Translations under genes and position numbers: made by a program
NCBI GenBank assembly: GCA_951406725.2
Contig: OX597831.1
Span: forward strand, 24,366,001 to 24,430,000
Length of the DNA stretch: 64,000 nucleotides
Source of the DNA: Octopus vulgaris
Taxonomy: Eukaryota
Direction: 5' to 3'
Notes under the pieces: model-generated
Database searches by the model: none
What the model saw: the letters and a program-made list of their open reading frames with translations, nothing else
What the model was told of the DNA's origin: nothing
Part shown: piece after piece, positions 38,331 to 50,471 of the stretch
Layout: the number at the start of each line of letters is the position of its first letter
Numbering within the stretch: the stretch's first letter is position 1

Positions 38331-39124
38331 CCCTTATTATGTGTATGTGTGTGTATTAGCAATTCGTATAAAATTGCATGAATGACTTGAACTTGAATAA
38401 GGGGTTTCACATAAATGGGGATAATTTAAAAAGGTTTGTTATTATTATTATTACTGTTTGACTATTGTAATCACGTTTCTTGGTTCCTCGTCAGGGAAAC
38501 GTTGTTGTGTTGCATTTGTTAAATAATTGTAAACCGTAACCCTCCCCCCTTTCGGAGAAGGGGCTTTGGTTATTGTTTAAAAATTGAATTGTGTCCCTCT
38601 TTGGGGAAATTGACAATATTTTCACCGTCTTTACGGAAGCATTTTTGTTAAAATGCCTTCGATAGAAGAAAGTCCAAAAATGAATTTCGCTGCAGCCGTA
38701 CACTTCTATACCAGAGGGAGGACAAGATGCAATTGATCGAAATTGCAAGAGACGGGCCTACAATTCCAGTCTGTTATATATTTTGAGTATTGTTATCGCT
38801 AGCGATATCAAGATATAATTTTGTATTTTATGTGTAGATGTATATATATAGATGTACATGTAATATGTACACACATATATATATATACACATATATACAT
38901 GCATAATATATCTACCCATACACACATACGCACACACATACATAGGGGCAGGTGTGGCTGTGTGGTAACAAACTACGTTCCAAACACATGGTCCTGGGTT
39001 CAGTCCCACTATGTGGTGACTTGGCATGTGTCTTCTGCTGTAGCTTCAGACCAACAAAAGCCATCTCAGTGGATTTTGTACATATATACAGGCATACATA
39101 CATACATATACATGCATACGTACA

Positions 39125-39430
39125 TATTCGGTGGAAAACGAAGAGACCCTATTCACCTGCGAACGTTTTACACCACCTTCCACGACTATCAGATTCTTAC
39201 AATTATGACAACAATAACATGGCTCTTTTCAAGGCAACCTCGCATTCAATTCTTACACCATTCTACGAGGGGGTAGGAACCCCTTTACACGGCTTTCTAT
39301 ACACTTACAAATACATTCATTCGCCGTAAACTTATATCAATATTTGCCTGAATAATCATCATAATTCAGTGCAATCATTAACAGTACTTTCAAGCAATTC
39401 AGCCCCGAGCATCGCCGGGAAATTCTGCTA

Positions 39431-39431
<1 letters not shown>
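39125..39431 (+). mobile_element. Helitron 3' fragment, second family
   Basis: CCCGAGCATCGCCGGG hairpin followed by CTAG|T. Confidence 0.65.
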
Positions 39432-39472
<41 letters not shown>

Positions 39473-39511
39473 ATATATAGTTACATATATATATATATAT
39501 ATATTATATAC

Positions 39512-39558
<47 letters not shown>

Positions 39559-40081
39559 TAGATAGATATATCTATCTATCTATATATACACACGAGGAAA
39601 ATAGGGATGGAAACATCCAATCTTTTGCTGGCTCCACTGTCAAATACCCAATTTTGTAGAGAAGAATAAATACCCACTCATAAACATATAGTGTACATGA
39701 AAGCTCATACAATATGATTTTTCTGTATATGACAGCATGTGCTTGCATATATATGGCTATATATGTGTGTGTGTACACATGCACATATAATCTGTAAAAC
39801 ATACATATTGTCATCTTCTTTATGTTTGTATATGATTGTATGTATGTTTATGTGTGTGTGTGTGTATTTGTATACTTATTTTTATTGAAGTGATCAGCTT
39901 ATACAGTATTATACTTGGGAGCAAGCTCAGCAATACACTGCAAAGACAGAAACATCATTTCAACTCGTATAAATTTTTTTCCTCCCTAAAACATGCTCTG
40001 TCTTTTTGGAATGGCTATTATAATAATCTCTTTATATCCCTCATTTTGATCGATTCAAAAGTTGACAATAACGTGTGTATG

Positions 40082-40359
<278 letters not shown>

Positions 40360-40574
40360 AGATGTTGTAGGAGGTCATTTTTAGTAAACAGCAAAACAAA
40401 AGACATAATAATGAAAAAAAAATAACAACTGAAAATCTAATGGGATAGTTATTTAGTCTTTTATATTTTATTATTATTGTATTTTGTTAATCTATTCTAA
40501 GAAAACATTTTTTTTAACATTTCAATACTTGTCCAACTTTTACCCCATGCTAAGATTTTCCTAGTCTTTCAGAT

Positions 40575-40609
<35 letters not shown>

Positions 40610-40650
40610 AGAACATAGATACACATAAATAAACACATGTACACACATAA

Positions 40651-40684
<34 letters not shown>

Positions 40685-40889
40685 TTATGCATACACACAT
40701 GAATGAGCACACACAGAATAACACAAAGTGCTAAATTGTATTTTGTTACTAATTCCTCAAGTCATTTTACATCAAGCAGACTTTTGGTCGGAACCATTAT
40801 AGCTGTGACTATCCTAATTTTCATTTCGAAAATAGTATATCCAAGACAAGGTTACTTCATGTCTCTTTAAGTGCATGATTTGAAGGATG

Positions 40890-41051
40890 TTCTTTCATTT
40901 CAGTCATTTGACTGCGGCCATGCTGGAGCATCGACCTCAGGACTTATGCTTTGTAAGCCTAGTACCTATTATATTGGTCACTTTTGCCTAACTGCTAAGT
41001 TATGGAGACAAGCAACGGTAGAGGGAGAGACACAGACACATATAAACACAC

Positions 41052-41096
<45 letters not shown>

Positions 41097-41254
41097 ACGG
41101 GCTTCTTTAAGTTTCTGTCTACCAAATCCACTCACAAGGCTTTCGTTGGCCCGAAACTATAGAAGACACTTGCCCAAGGTACCACATAGTAGAACTGAAC
41201 CCAGAACCATATGGTTGGGAAGCCAACTTCTTACCGCACAGCTACATCTGTGCC
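40890..41254 (-). mobile_element. SINE B
   Basis: Family similarity with internal (TA)n. Confidence 0.8.
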
Positions 41255-41949
41255 TATATATATCTGCTATTTGTAGCTAATTAAATAACTATGTAGACTT
41301 AGTTAGGTGTGCAGTTCAAGGAACAAAATAATGGATACATTTTCTGCTTATTTCTGTAGTATCTATATGTTGTTTTCTAAATCCTATTGTTTTCCCTTCA
41401 CTTGCTATTTAGCCACAGGTCAACTGTGGTTCAACACCCTACAACCAAAAGCAATCCAGCTATGATCATCTCATCAAGTTCGGCATTGTCTAATTTATCC
41501 TTTCTTTTTCTTAGATGGCAAAGCAGAATTTAAGGGAAATTTGATTCCTATTTCTAGTAGGTTGAATAACCTCATAGAGGCTTCTATGTTGGCTTGTTTC
41601 AACTTGTAGTTTGTTCCTTTTTTTTAATTTTTTTTTCTTGAGTGAATAGGGTAGTAAATTTCATATCCAGGCAAGTTGCTGATGTTTAAACCAAGGCAGG
41701 ACCTGACTGAACAGAGCTTTGATAAAAACACATTCTATCTTGACCATTTTATTATCTTTTAAAGTTTAAAACCTCTAGAATAGCATGATGTAAGATGTCT
41801 TTCCATTTTCTAGCAATGAGGTAAATTTATTTAGCTGCTGGTTTTAACACTTTGAACAGCCATCTACATCTAAATGTTTCTTCATCAACTTGTCTAGATT
41901 AGCTGTGTTAATATTGAACTGTATTCTGTTCAATATCAACAAATATCAA

Positions 41950-42306
41950 GTAAAAAGCACCATTCGAGTGTGATAGTTACCAGTGTCGCCTCACTGGCAC
42001 ATTAAAAAACATTTGAGTGAGGTCGTTGCCAGTGCCTCTCGACTGGCTCCGGTGCAGGTGGCACATAAAAAACACCATTTGAGCATGGCCATTGCCAGTA
42101 CCACATGACTGGCCCTTATGCTGGTGACATGTAAAAGCACCCACTACTCTCTCGGAGTGGTTGGCGTTAAGAAGGGCATCCAGCTGTAGAAATTCTGCCA
42201 GATCAGACTGGAGCCTGGTGCAGCCATCTGGTTCTCCAGTCCTCAATCAAATCGTTCAACCCATGCTAGCATGGAAAGCGGACATTAAACGATGATGATG
42301 ATGATC
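41950..42306 (+). mobile_element. RTE-related 3' end element
   Basis: AAAAGCACC modules, CCATGCTAGCATGG, (GAT)n tail. Confidence 0.8.
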
Positions 42307-42777
42307 AAACATAATTTATGTACCATCTGTTCATCTATTATCATCTGCATTAGTCTTTCTTGTGTCTTTGGTCAAAATTGTTAAAGCTCTTATTGATTTC
42401 AACTTTTGGCACAAAGTTAGCAATTTAGGGGAAGTGGGTAAATTTATTACATCAACCCCAGTGCTCAACCGGTATTTCTTCTATTGACCTCCAAAATGAT
42501 GAAAAGCAAAGTTGATCTCAGCGGCATTTGAACTCAGAACATAAAGACTGATGAAATGCCACTATGCTTTTTGCCTTGTATTCTAATGATTCTACCAGCT
42601 CATTGCCTTAGAAATTGTAAATATTATAGAGTTATATCACAATGATGAGGGAGAAAATGAGTTTAAATAAGATGCTATCCTGGTTTGAACAAGGATGGGA
42701 AACTCCTGATTCTTTCTTAGGAGACACCTACAAGAGAAGTTCCTTCTATATGTATAGCTTAATACTTCTTTATCCAG

Positions 42778-43160
42778 TGGAGGCGCAATGGCCCAGTGGT
42801 TAGGGCAGCGGACTCACGGTCGTAGGATCGCGGTTTCGATTCCCAGACCGGGCGTTGTGAGTGTTTATTGAGTGAAAACACCTAAAGCTCCACGAGACTC
42901 CGGCAGGGATGATGGTGATCCCTGCTGTACTATTTCACCACAACTTTCTCTCACACTCACTTCCTGTTTCTGTTGTACCTGTATTTCAAAGGGCTGGCCT
43001 TGTCACTCTCTGTGTCACGCTGAATATCCCAGAGAACTACGTTAAGGGTACACGTGTCTTTGGAGTGCTCAGCCACTTACACGTAATTTCACGAGCAGGC
43101 TGTTCCGTTGATCGGATCAAGCGGAACCCTCGTCGTCGTAACCGACGGAGTGCTCCTACC
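42778..43160 (+). mobile_element. Full-length tRNA-derived SINE with 13-bp TSD
   Basis: TGGCCCAGTGG A-box, GGTTTCGATTCC B-box; TACTTCTTTATCC on both flanks. Confidence 0.9.
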
Positions 43161-44006
43161 TACTTCTTTATCCGAATAACATTTGGATAAAGAAGTTCTC
43201 GGTAATCGACACAGAAGGAACCAATGAAATGGGGAAAGAAGAAAAAAAGGAAATACATGGGAAAAAAGGATGATAGCTAATTTCAGGGAGCAAAATCTCA
43301 TCAGAGTGAAGATAAAGGACTGCAACAAGTGATGATTTACTGTGTTCTGTGTGGTAAGTAGCTTGCTTATGAACCACATGGTTCCGGGTTCAGTCCCACT
43401 GCATGGCACCTTGGGCAAGTGTCTTCTACTATAGTCTCGGGCCGACCAAAGCCTTGTGAGTGGATTTGTTAGATGGAAACTGAAAGAAGCCCGTCGTATA
43501 TATATATATATATGTATAGGGCCCATACAAGCATGGATAAATAGACATAAATGACAACAACGATGATAATTCTAATGATCTACACAAGTCTTTCTTCATC
43601 TGTCATACCTTCAATAATTTACATAGTGGAATCTTTAACTGACTGGCCAAGTCATGTTATCACTGATCAGCTGAGGAGAAACATTGACTAAATCTTGTTC
43701 TGCTTGTTTAATTCACATATGTGGATCTGGCTTATGTTATGTTGGTAAAACTATCATGAAGGAAACCTCTATACAATTGCTCATTCTACAAGAAAAAAAC
43801 ACCCTAATCTTTGTCAACTTACACATTCCACTGTTTTGCAACAAAGAAATGATGCATTGGACAATAAATAGAACCCTTCACATAACAATGAAAAATTACC
43901 AAAAGAATAGCTGAAATACTTTTTAATCATAAGTCTGTTCAGTCATCACTCAACTGGGATTAAACATCATACAGATCATTACCAGCACCATTGTCATTAT
44001 CATCAT

Positions 44007-44402
44007 AGGCGTAGGAGTGGCTGAGTGGTAAGTAGCTTGCTTACCAACCACATGGTTCTGGGTTCAGTCCCACTGCGTGGCACCTTGGGCAAGTGTCTTC
44101 TACTATAGTCTCGGGCTGACCAAAGCCTTGTGAGTGGATTTGGTAGATGGAAATTGAAAGAAGCCCGTCGTATATATATATATATATATATGTGTGTGTT
44201 TGTGTGTCTGTGTTTGTCCCCCCAACATCGCTTGACAACCGATGCTGGTGTGTTTACGTCCCCGTAACTTAGCGGTTCAGCAAAAGAGACCGATAGAAAA
44301 AGTACTAGGCTTACAAAGAATAAGTCCTGGGGTCGATTTGCTCGACTAAAGGTGGTGCTCCAGCATGGCCACAGTCAAATGACTGAAACAAATAAAAAGA
44401 GT
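44007..44402 (+). mobile_element. Full-length SINE B
   Basis: Complete head, core, internal (TA)(TG)n and tail; further copies near 43348, 45407, 48122, 49906, 52815(-), 58365, 59130(-), 62810. Confidence 0.9.
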
Positions 44403-44904
44403 ATACAGGCGTGGATCTAAGGGGGTTTGCTGACAGAAGAGCTAGTCTAGCTTTAGATCACGTTCTAACGTCTGAAATTTGCTGTTGTAATCAGTGGGAG
44501 AATTGTTTGACTGGTGAATGTTCTTCATGCATTTTGAATACTAATTTTAAGTCTTTTCAATGGAAAGGATTAAAATTGGATATGAGATCCAGCAAGCTGA
44601 TTTACCCAAACTATACTTTGATAAAAGATGAAGCATTGAAATATATTCAGTAGTATTCTATAAATCCAATGTTATGCAACTAATCATTATTTACTTGAAA
44701 AACTTATGAAATACATAATTACAAGTATTCATTTTAGAAAGCCATAGCAATGAATTCTGATGATTTCCGAAAATGCATTAATTTAGCTTTCTAAATTAAT
44801 TCCCATACTTATTTTAGAATTCTTCAAAAAAGAAAACAAAAAGAAATAGATAATTAAAACATTATTTTAATACAACTTTTATTTTTTTTTATTCTTTTTA
44901 TTTT

Positions 44905-44973
44905 AGGTAAGTCATTTCCAATTCTTGCAGGAAAATTTGCTTTGCGCCTTCATGAAATTTTCTACCGGTAAGT
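44905..44973 (+). other. Candidate recursive splice site with 61-nt exon (44907-44967)
   Basis: ~30-nt pyrimidine tract, TTTTAG|GTAAGT, then second consensus donor CCG|GTAAGT. Confidence 0.55.
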
Positions 44974-45566
44974 ATAAATTTCTAATTTACGATTTCTAAT
45001 TATTACCATCACTGTATCATAACATGTCGTCTTCATAAAGGAAAGAAAACTTACAATTCTTACATCTATACTCACACATTATCAAAGGCAGTGAGACCTT
45101 TGAAATGTATGATGATAATGGTGCTGACGATGATCTTTATATTGTTAATGAAACCTATTAACATCCTGATCCAACGCTTTGAATCTTTTATTTGAAATGG
45201 TCTGTTTTCTTAGGAACCGGTAAACCAAGATTTGTATAAATGTGCATGTATGTACATTTGTATGTGTATGGATGCATGCATATATGTGTGTGTGTATGCA
45301 AGTATATGTGTATGTGCTTACATGTATATTATATGTATGTGTATATAGGCATACTTATTTACATATATGCAAACGTACATTTATATATATATATATATAT
45401 ATATATAGGTGTGGTTGTGTGGTAAGTAGCTTGCTTACCAACCACATGGTTTCAGGTTCAGTCCCACTGCGTGGCACGTTGTGCGAGTGTCTTTTACTAT
45501 AGCCTCGGGCCGACCAAAGCCTTGTGGGTGGATTTCGTGGACGGAAACTGAAAGAAGTCTGTCGTA

Positions 45567-45644
<78 letters not shown>

Positions 45645-47340
45645 TGTATGTTTGTGTGTCTGTGTTTGTCCCCCTAGCATTGCTTGACAACTGATGCTGG
45701 CGTGTGTATGTCCCCATCACTTAGCAATTCGGCAAAAGAGACCGATAGAATAAGTACTGGGCTTACAAAGAATAAATCCCGGGGTCGAGTTACTCAACTA
45801 AAGCCGGTGCTCCAGCATGGCCGCAGTCAACTGACTGAAACAAGTAAAACAGAGTATATATATATATATATATACATGTGTGTATGTATACGCATGAACA
45901 GAAAATAGTTTACCTCCACTCCCAGATAAGTTCTGGTCCATCAGATTGAATGCGTTACAGAAATGATTGTCTTTTTTTTTCCCTTTTTCAGGCATAGTGT
46001 ACCAAAGATTATATGATCGAATATGTCATTTATTCTTTTAAACGAACAGCATGTGATTTGAGGGGAAATTTGGCTGCTAATTTTAGCAATTTCAGTGACC
46101 GCATAGAGGCTACATGTGTCCAGATATTATGCAGAACTGGGGAAAGCTTTTATCCAGTTCTTCAAGCTGTGATCCCTTTGATTTAATCAGGAATTCTTTT
46201 CTTTGGAAAATCAAAATAGTCACTCAATTTACTTCAGCATAGCAACCAAATTTCCTTCCTCAAAAAAACCCCTAATATCTTTAAAATGGGAAACAATATT
46301 TTTTAAACTCCCTAAGTGTTTGGATAACGTATCCTCATAGCAAATCAGGATTTTCATGTGTCATATATTTGTTTTTTTAAATTATTAATTCTAGTGGGAT
46401 ATTTTGAGAATTTTGAAATGAAAGTTTTGATAGTTTAAAAGAAACATGCAAAAAGAAAAACAAAATAAATAAATAAATAAAGGCAAAAGTAATAATTCGA
46501 AATTCCATTTTACTAACAGGAAAATCAATTTGTCTAAAAAAACAAAAAAAGAATTTATTAATTGAAAAAACAATTCTAGAATGAAATTGTGTATTTATTA
46601 TTCATTTGATTGTGTGTTTTTAATTTTTATTTTAAAGTTTAAATAGTTTAAGATGATTTAAACATAGTTAACATTATTTGCATTGTCAAACTTTGTAAAA
46701 TGACAGGAAGATATTTTTTTTTATCAAATTCTTCATTCATTTATTGATATATTTCATTTTTTTTTTTAGTTCCCACCGAAATCAATCTTAAAACTATTTA
46801 AAAATTTACCAGCTTTCAATTGAGTCATCGGAATATTTTGTTTTCCATAAAACATTAAATATTCAGTTAAGTGTGCATTGGCGAAAAGTTTAGCCACATA
46901 AATATTCTTCAAATTCAATAACTTTTCAGTGGGAAATAGCAATTTCACAGCAATTTAGAAACTGTGGTTTTAAATATATTTTACAAATTGAGAAATTGAA
47001 GCGAGGGCTTTGGTTTCAGTTTTCCTCTTAATTTATTTGTTATTGTATCCAATTATAGAGAATGGTGCAGCCAGTCAAATTGATGATTGCAAGCATTGAT
47101 AAATTTCTTGCCTGAAGACTTAAGCACTTTGTATTTAATAATGAAAGATCTTAACCAAAATGCTGAGCCCATTAATTTGTAAAATCAGTTGTAAAATACT
47201 GCTTGGTGAAAATGATGGGTTACAATGACATATAACCACATAGTTACTTCTGTCAATGAAAAGTGACAGATTTTTAAAACTTTTTTTTTTGTTTGCTAGT
47301 TTATTGAATGATTTTACCCAAATGGGCAAATACATGTCCC

Positions 47341-47925
47341 ACTGATTTGCAGTCATCAACTTTAACTATGGAAGGATATTGAGGACATAATCTATAATGT
47401 AAATAGTTTCACCACCAAATACTTCCATGTTTTCACCCTTTCATTACCATATTTATTTTGAGATGCTCTGTGTTTCTTTCAATTAATTTTAAATATAACA
47501 AAGAATTTAATAAAACAACTTAGTTATCATTAAGCTAATGTTAGGAACATAAATTGTGACTAAAGTTTGAAGGAAGATTTTAATGCAGAATTTTTGAAAA
47601 TAAGACATTTGTACTACAGAGCCAGAGGCGGTTTCGGGCGGGTTAGTTATCAAAAGGGTTAAATATTCTTATTGACTAGTTTTGTCCTTTTATTAGAAAA
47701 ATATAACCTGATGACTGCAGATGTCAGGCATTCAACCATGTGTCCACTGCATCTGATAGTAGAAACAACAGTAAGCCAATGGAAGGATATTGAGGACATG
47801 ATCTAGAATGCGAATAATTTTATCACCAAATGCTTCCATATTTTAAATACTCTCATTATTGGTTACTTCTGTCCTTCTGTTACAAAACTACAAACTGATG
47901 ACTGCAGATGTCTTTGAAATAGTAC
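47341..47925 (+). repeat. Old ~190-bp tandem duplication ending in CTGATGACTGCAGATGTC; possible Penelope pseudo-LTR relic
   Basis: ATGGAAGGATATTGAGGACAT at 47368 and 47779; CTGATGA at 47708 and 47895; inverted partial motif at 47341-47360. Confidence 0.5.
47436..47658. mobile_element. piggyBac-type MITE, second family
   Basis: CCCTTT...AAAGGG|TTAA; second copy 49676-49898 has TTAA on both sides. Confidence 0.82.
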
Positions 47926-48436
47926 AACACATCAGTATCTTTACTAATTCATATATTCTCATAAACAGGCTGTTTTGAGTGCATATGATGTCAATTATAT
48001 TTTTTTTTAACTATTAGTTATTCCTTTGATAATATTTCAGCTTATATACTTGATTGGTATCAATTTCCACAATTTTTCCATGTGTATTATCATTATTGAT
48101 TATTATTTTAAATTAACCTTGGTACAGGCATGGCTGGTGATCAGAAGTTTACTTTCTAACTGTATGGGTTCAGTCCCACTGTGTGACACCTTGGACAAGT
48201 GTCTTCTACTATAGCTTTGGTCTGACCAAAGCCTTGTAAGTGTATTCAGTTGATGGAAACTGAAAGAAGCCCATGAAATGGGCTTATGGGCTTCTTTCAG
48301 TTCCGGGTTCATTCCCACTGCGTGGCACCTTGGGCAAGTGTCTTCTACTATAACCTCAGGCCAACCAAAGCCTTGTGAGTGGATTTGGTAGACGGAAACT
48401 GAAAGAAGCCCATCATATATATGTATATAAATATAC

Positions 48437-48470
<34 letters not shown>

Positions 48471-49675
48471 ATATGTTTGTGTGTCTGTGTTTGTTCCCCC
48501 AACATCGCTTGACAACTGATGCTGGTGTGTTTATGTCCCCGTAACTTAGTGGTTCAACAAAAGAGACCGATAGAATAAGTACTAGGCTTACAAAGAATAA
48601 GTCCTGGGGTCGATTTGCTCAACTAAAGGCAGTGCTCCAGCATGGCCACAGTCAAGTGACTGAAACAAGTATGAGAGTAAATGTATATATGTGTGTGTGT
48701 ATATCCCTATGTGTATGTGCCTTTGTGTCTGTGTTAGTCCCCCGCAACTGGTTGACAACAAGTGTTGGTATTTTTATGTCCTTGTAACTTAGCAGTTCAG
48801 TAACAAAGACTGGTGGAATAATTACCTGACTGAAAATATAAGCACTGGGGCAGATCCATTCAACTAAAAGAAAAATCAAGATGATGCCCCAGCATGGTCA
48901 CATTTTAATGACTGAAACAAATAAAAGAATAGGTACAGGTATGGCCCTGTGGTCAGAAGTTCACTTCCTAATCACCTGGGTTCCATTTCACTGTATGGTA
49001 CCTTGAGCAAGTGTCTTCTACAATAGCTCAGCCAAAGATGCATGTTCTTTTTATTGTAGTTATTGTAAAACGAATTTTATAAGCTTGCGTGGTTTGGAGG
49101 ATTTTCTCTGACACAGCATCTTATTGTAAATTGCAATCTTTGGCATCAACTCTGAAGGTTTAGTTTTCTAAAAGTATCCATCTATGTTGGTGATGCTGAT
49201 AATGGTAGTTGTGGCTGGATTACTGGTGAGCAACTTTGAATGGTCAATTCTGTGACCAAAAGCATTTTGTTCTTAGCCATAACTTTCTTTTGTATATCTA
49301 GGACTTGAGTATCTTTCCTGTTTTAAAACAGTGGCCTTTGATTTGAAGTAGTTTGATGCTGTTATTTCTAGCAGTTTCAGAAAAACTGTCTAATGGTTCC
49401 CCATTGATTCAAGATTTGTTTTTCACTTTAATACTCAGGTCAAACTAAAAGTCTATGAGATATTTCCTTCTAAACCAAACACTAGAAACAGCAATCAAAG
49501 GAATCTTACTTGAGTTTATAACAACACATGGCTTCTGTTTTCTACATAACAGATAACAGATAACAGCTTAAGTCAGACAGATTAGAAATATGAAATACTT
49601 CATTCCATAAAGAAAAGCAAAGTATTTACTTATAGCTATTTTCAAATCCCAGGTCAATCCTGTGATCAAATTTAA

Positions 49676-49898
49676 CCCTTTTGTTACCATATTTCTGTTG
49701 AGATGCTCTGTGTTTCTTTTGATTAATTTGGGATGTAACAAAGAATTTAGTGAAATAACTTAGATATCATTAGGCGAGTGTTAGGAACATAAATTATGAT
49801 TAAGGTGTTTGTGGAAGATTTTAATTCAGAATTTATGAAAGCAAGACATTTGTACTACAGAACCAGAGGCGGTTCCAGCTGGGTTGGTATTGATAGGG
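49676..49898. mobile_element. piggyBac-type MITE, second family
   Basis: TTAA|CCCT...AGGG|TTAA. Confidence 0.82.
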
Positions 49899-50084
49899 TT
49901 AATACAGGCGCAGGAGTGGTTGTGTGGTAAGTAGCTTGCTTACCAACCACATGGTTCTGAGTTCAGTCCCACTGAGTGGCACCTTGGGTAAGTGTCTTCT
50001 ATTATAGCCTCGAGCCAACCAAAGCCTTGTGAGTGGATTTAGTAGACAGAAACTGAAAGAAGCCCATCGTATATATGTATATAC

Positions 50085-50471
50085 GAGCAAAACGACCCCC
50101 CCCCATCCATTGGACGGTGCTGAGTTGTCAAACATTTAAACCAAATTTTCTCAAAACATCTTGTCCAACCGTCCCATAGGCCTCCCCTTTGAGAAACACT
50201 GATTTAACCTAAATTTGAGACACCAGCAAAAGAAGAAATAAAGATAGACTTTTTTTCCATTCCAAAAAAAACGATTTTACAAATGCCCATTCCTACGGCT
50301 TTATCGATTGCATTCTCACCTGAAATCGATTTTTGTAATTTTTTCAAGACTTATACACGCCCTGATACCATCGGTATCTACATATCAAATTTGAGCACAA
50401 TCAGATGGAGGATGCCTGAGATCCTAGAAGACACACACACACAGACAGACAGAACGGATTTTATATAATAG
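50085..50471 (-). mobile_element. Helitron-like non-autonomous element
   Basis: Minus strand begins CTATTATATAAAATCCG followed by (TCTG)n(TG)n, like the other Helitron 5' ends here. Confidence 0.45.

Noticed and set aside
42778-42855. tRNA gene
   Set aside because: The tRNA-like head continues into a SINE body with TSD; the same applies to the other A/B-box heads
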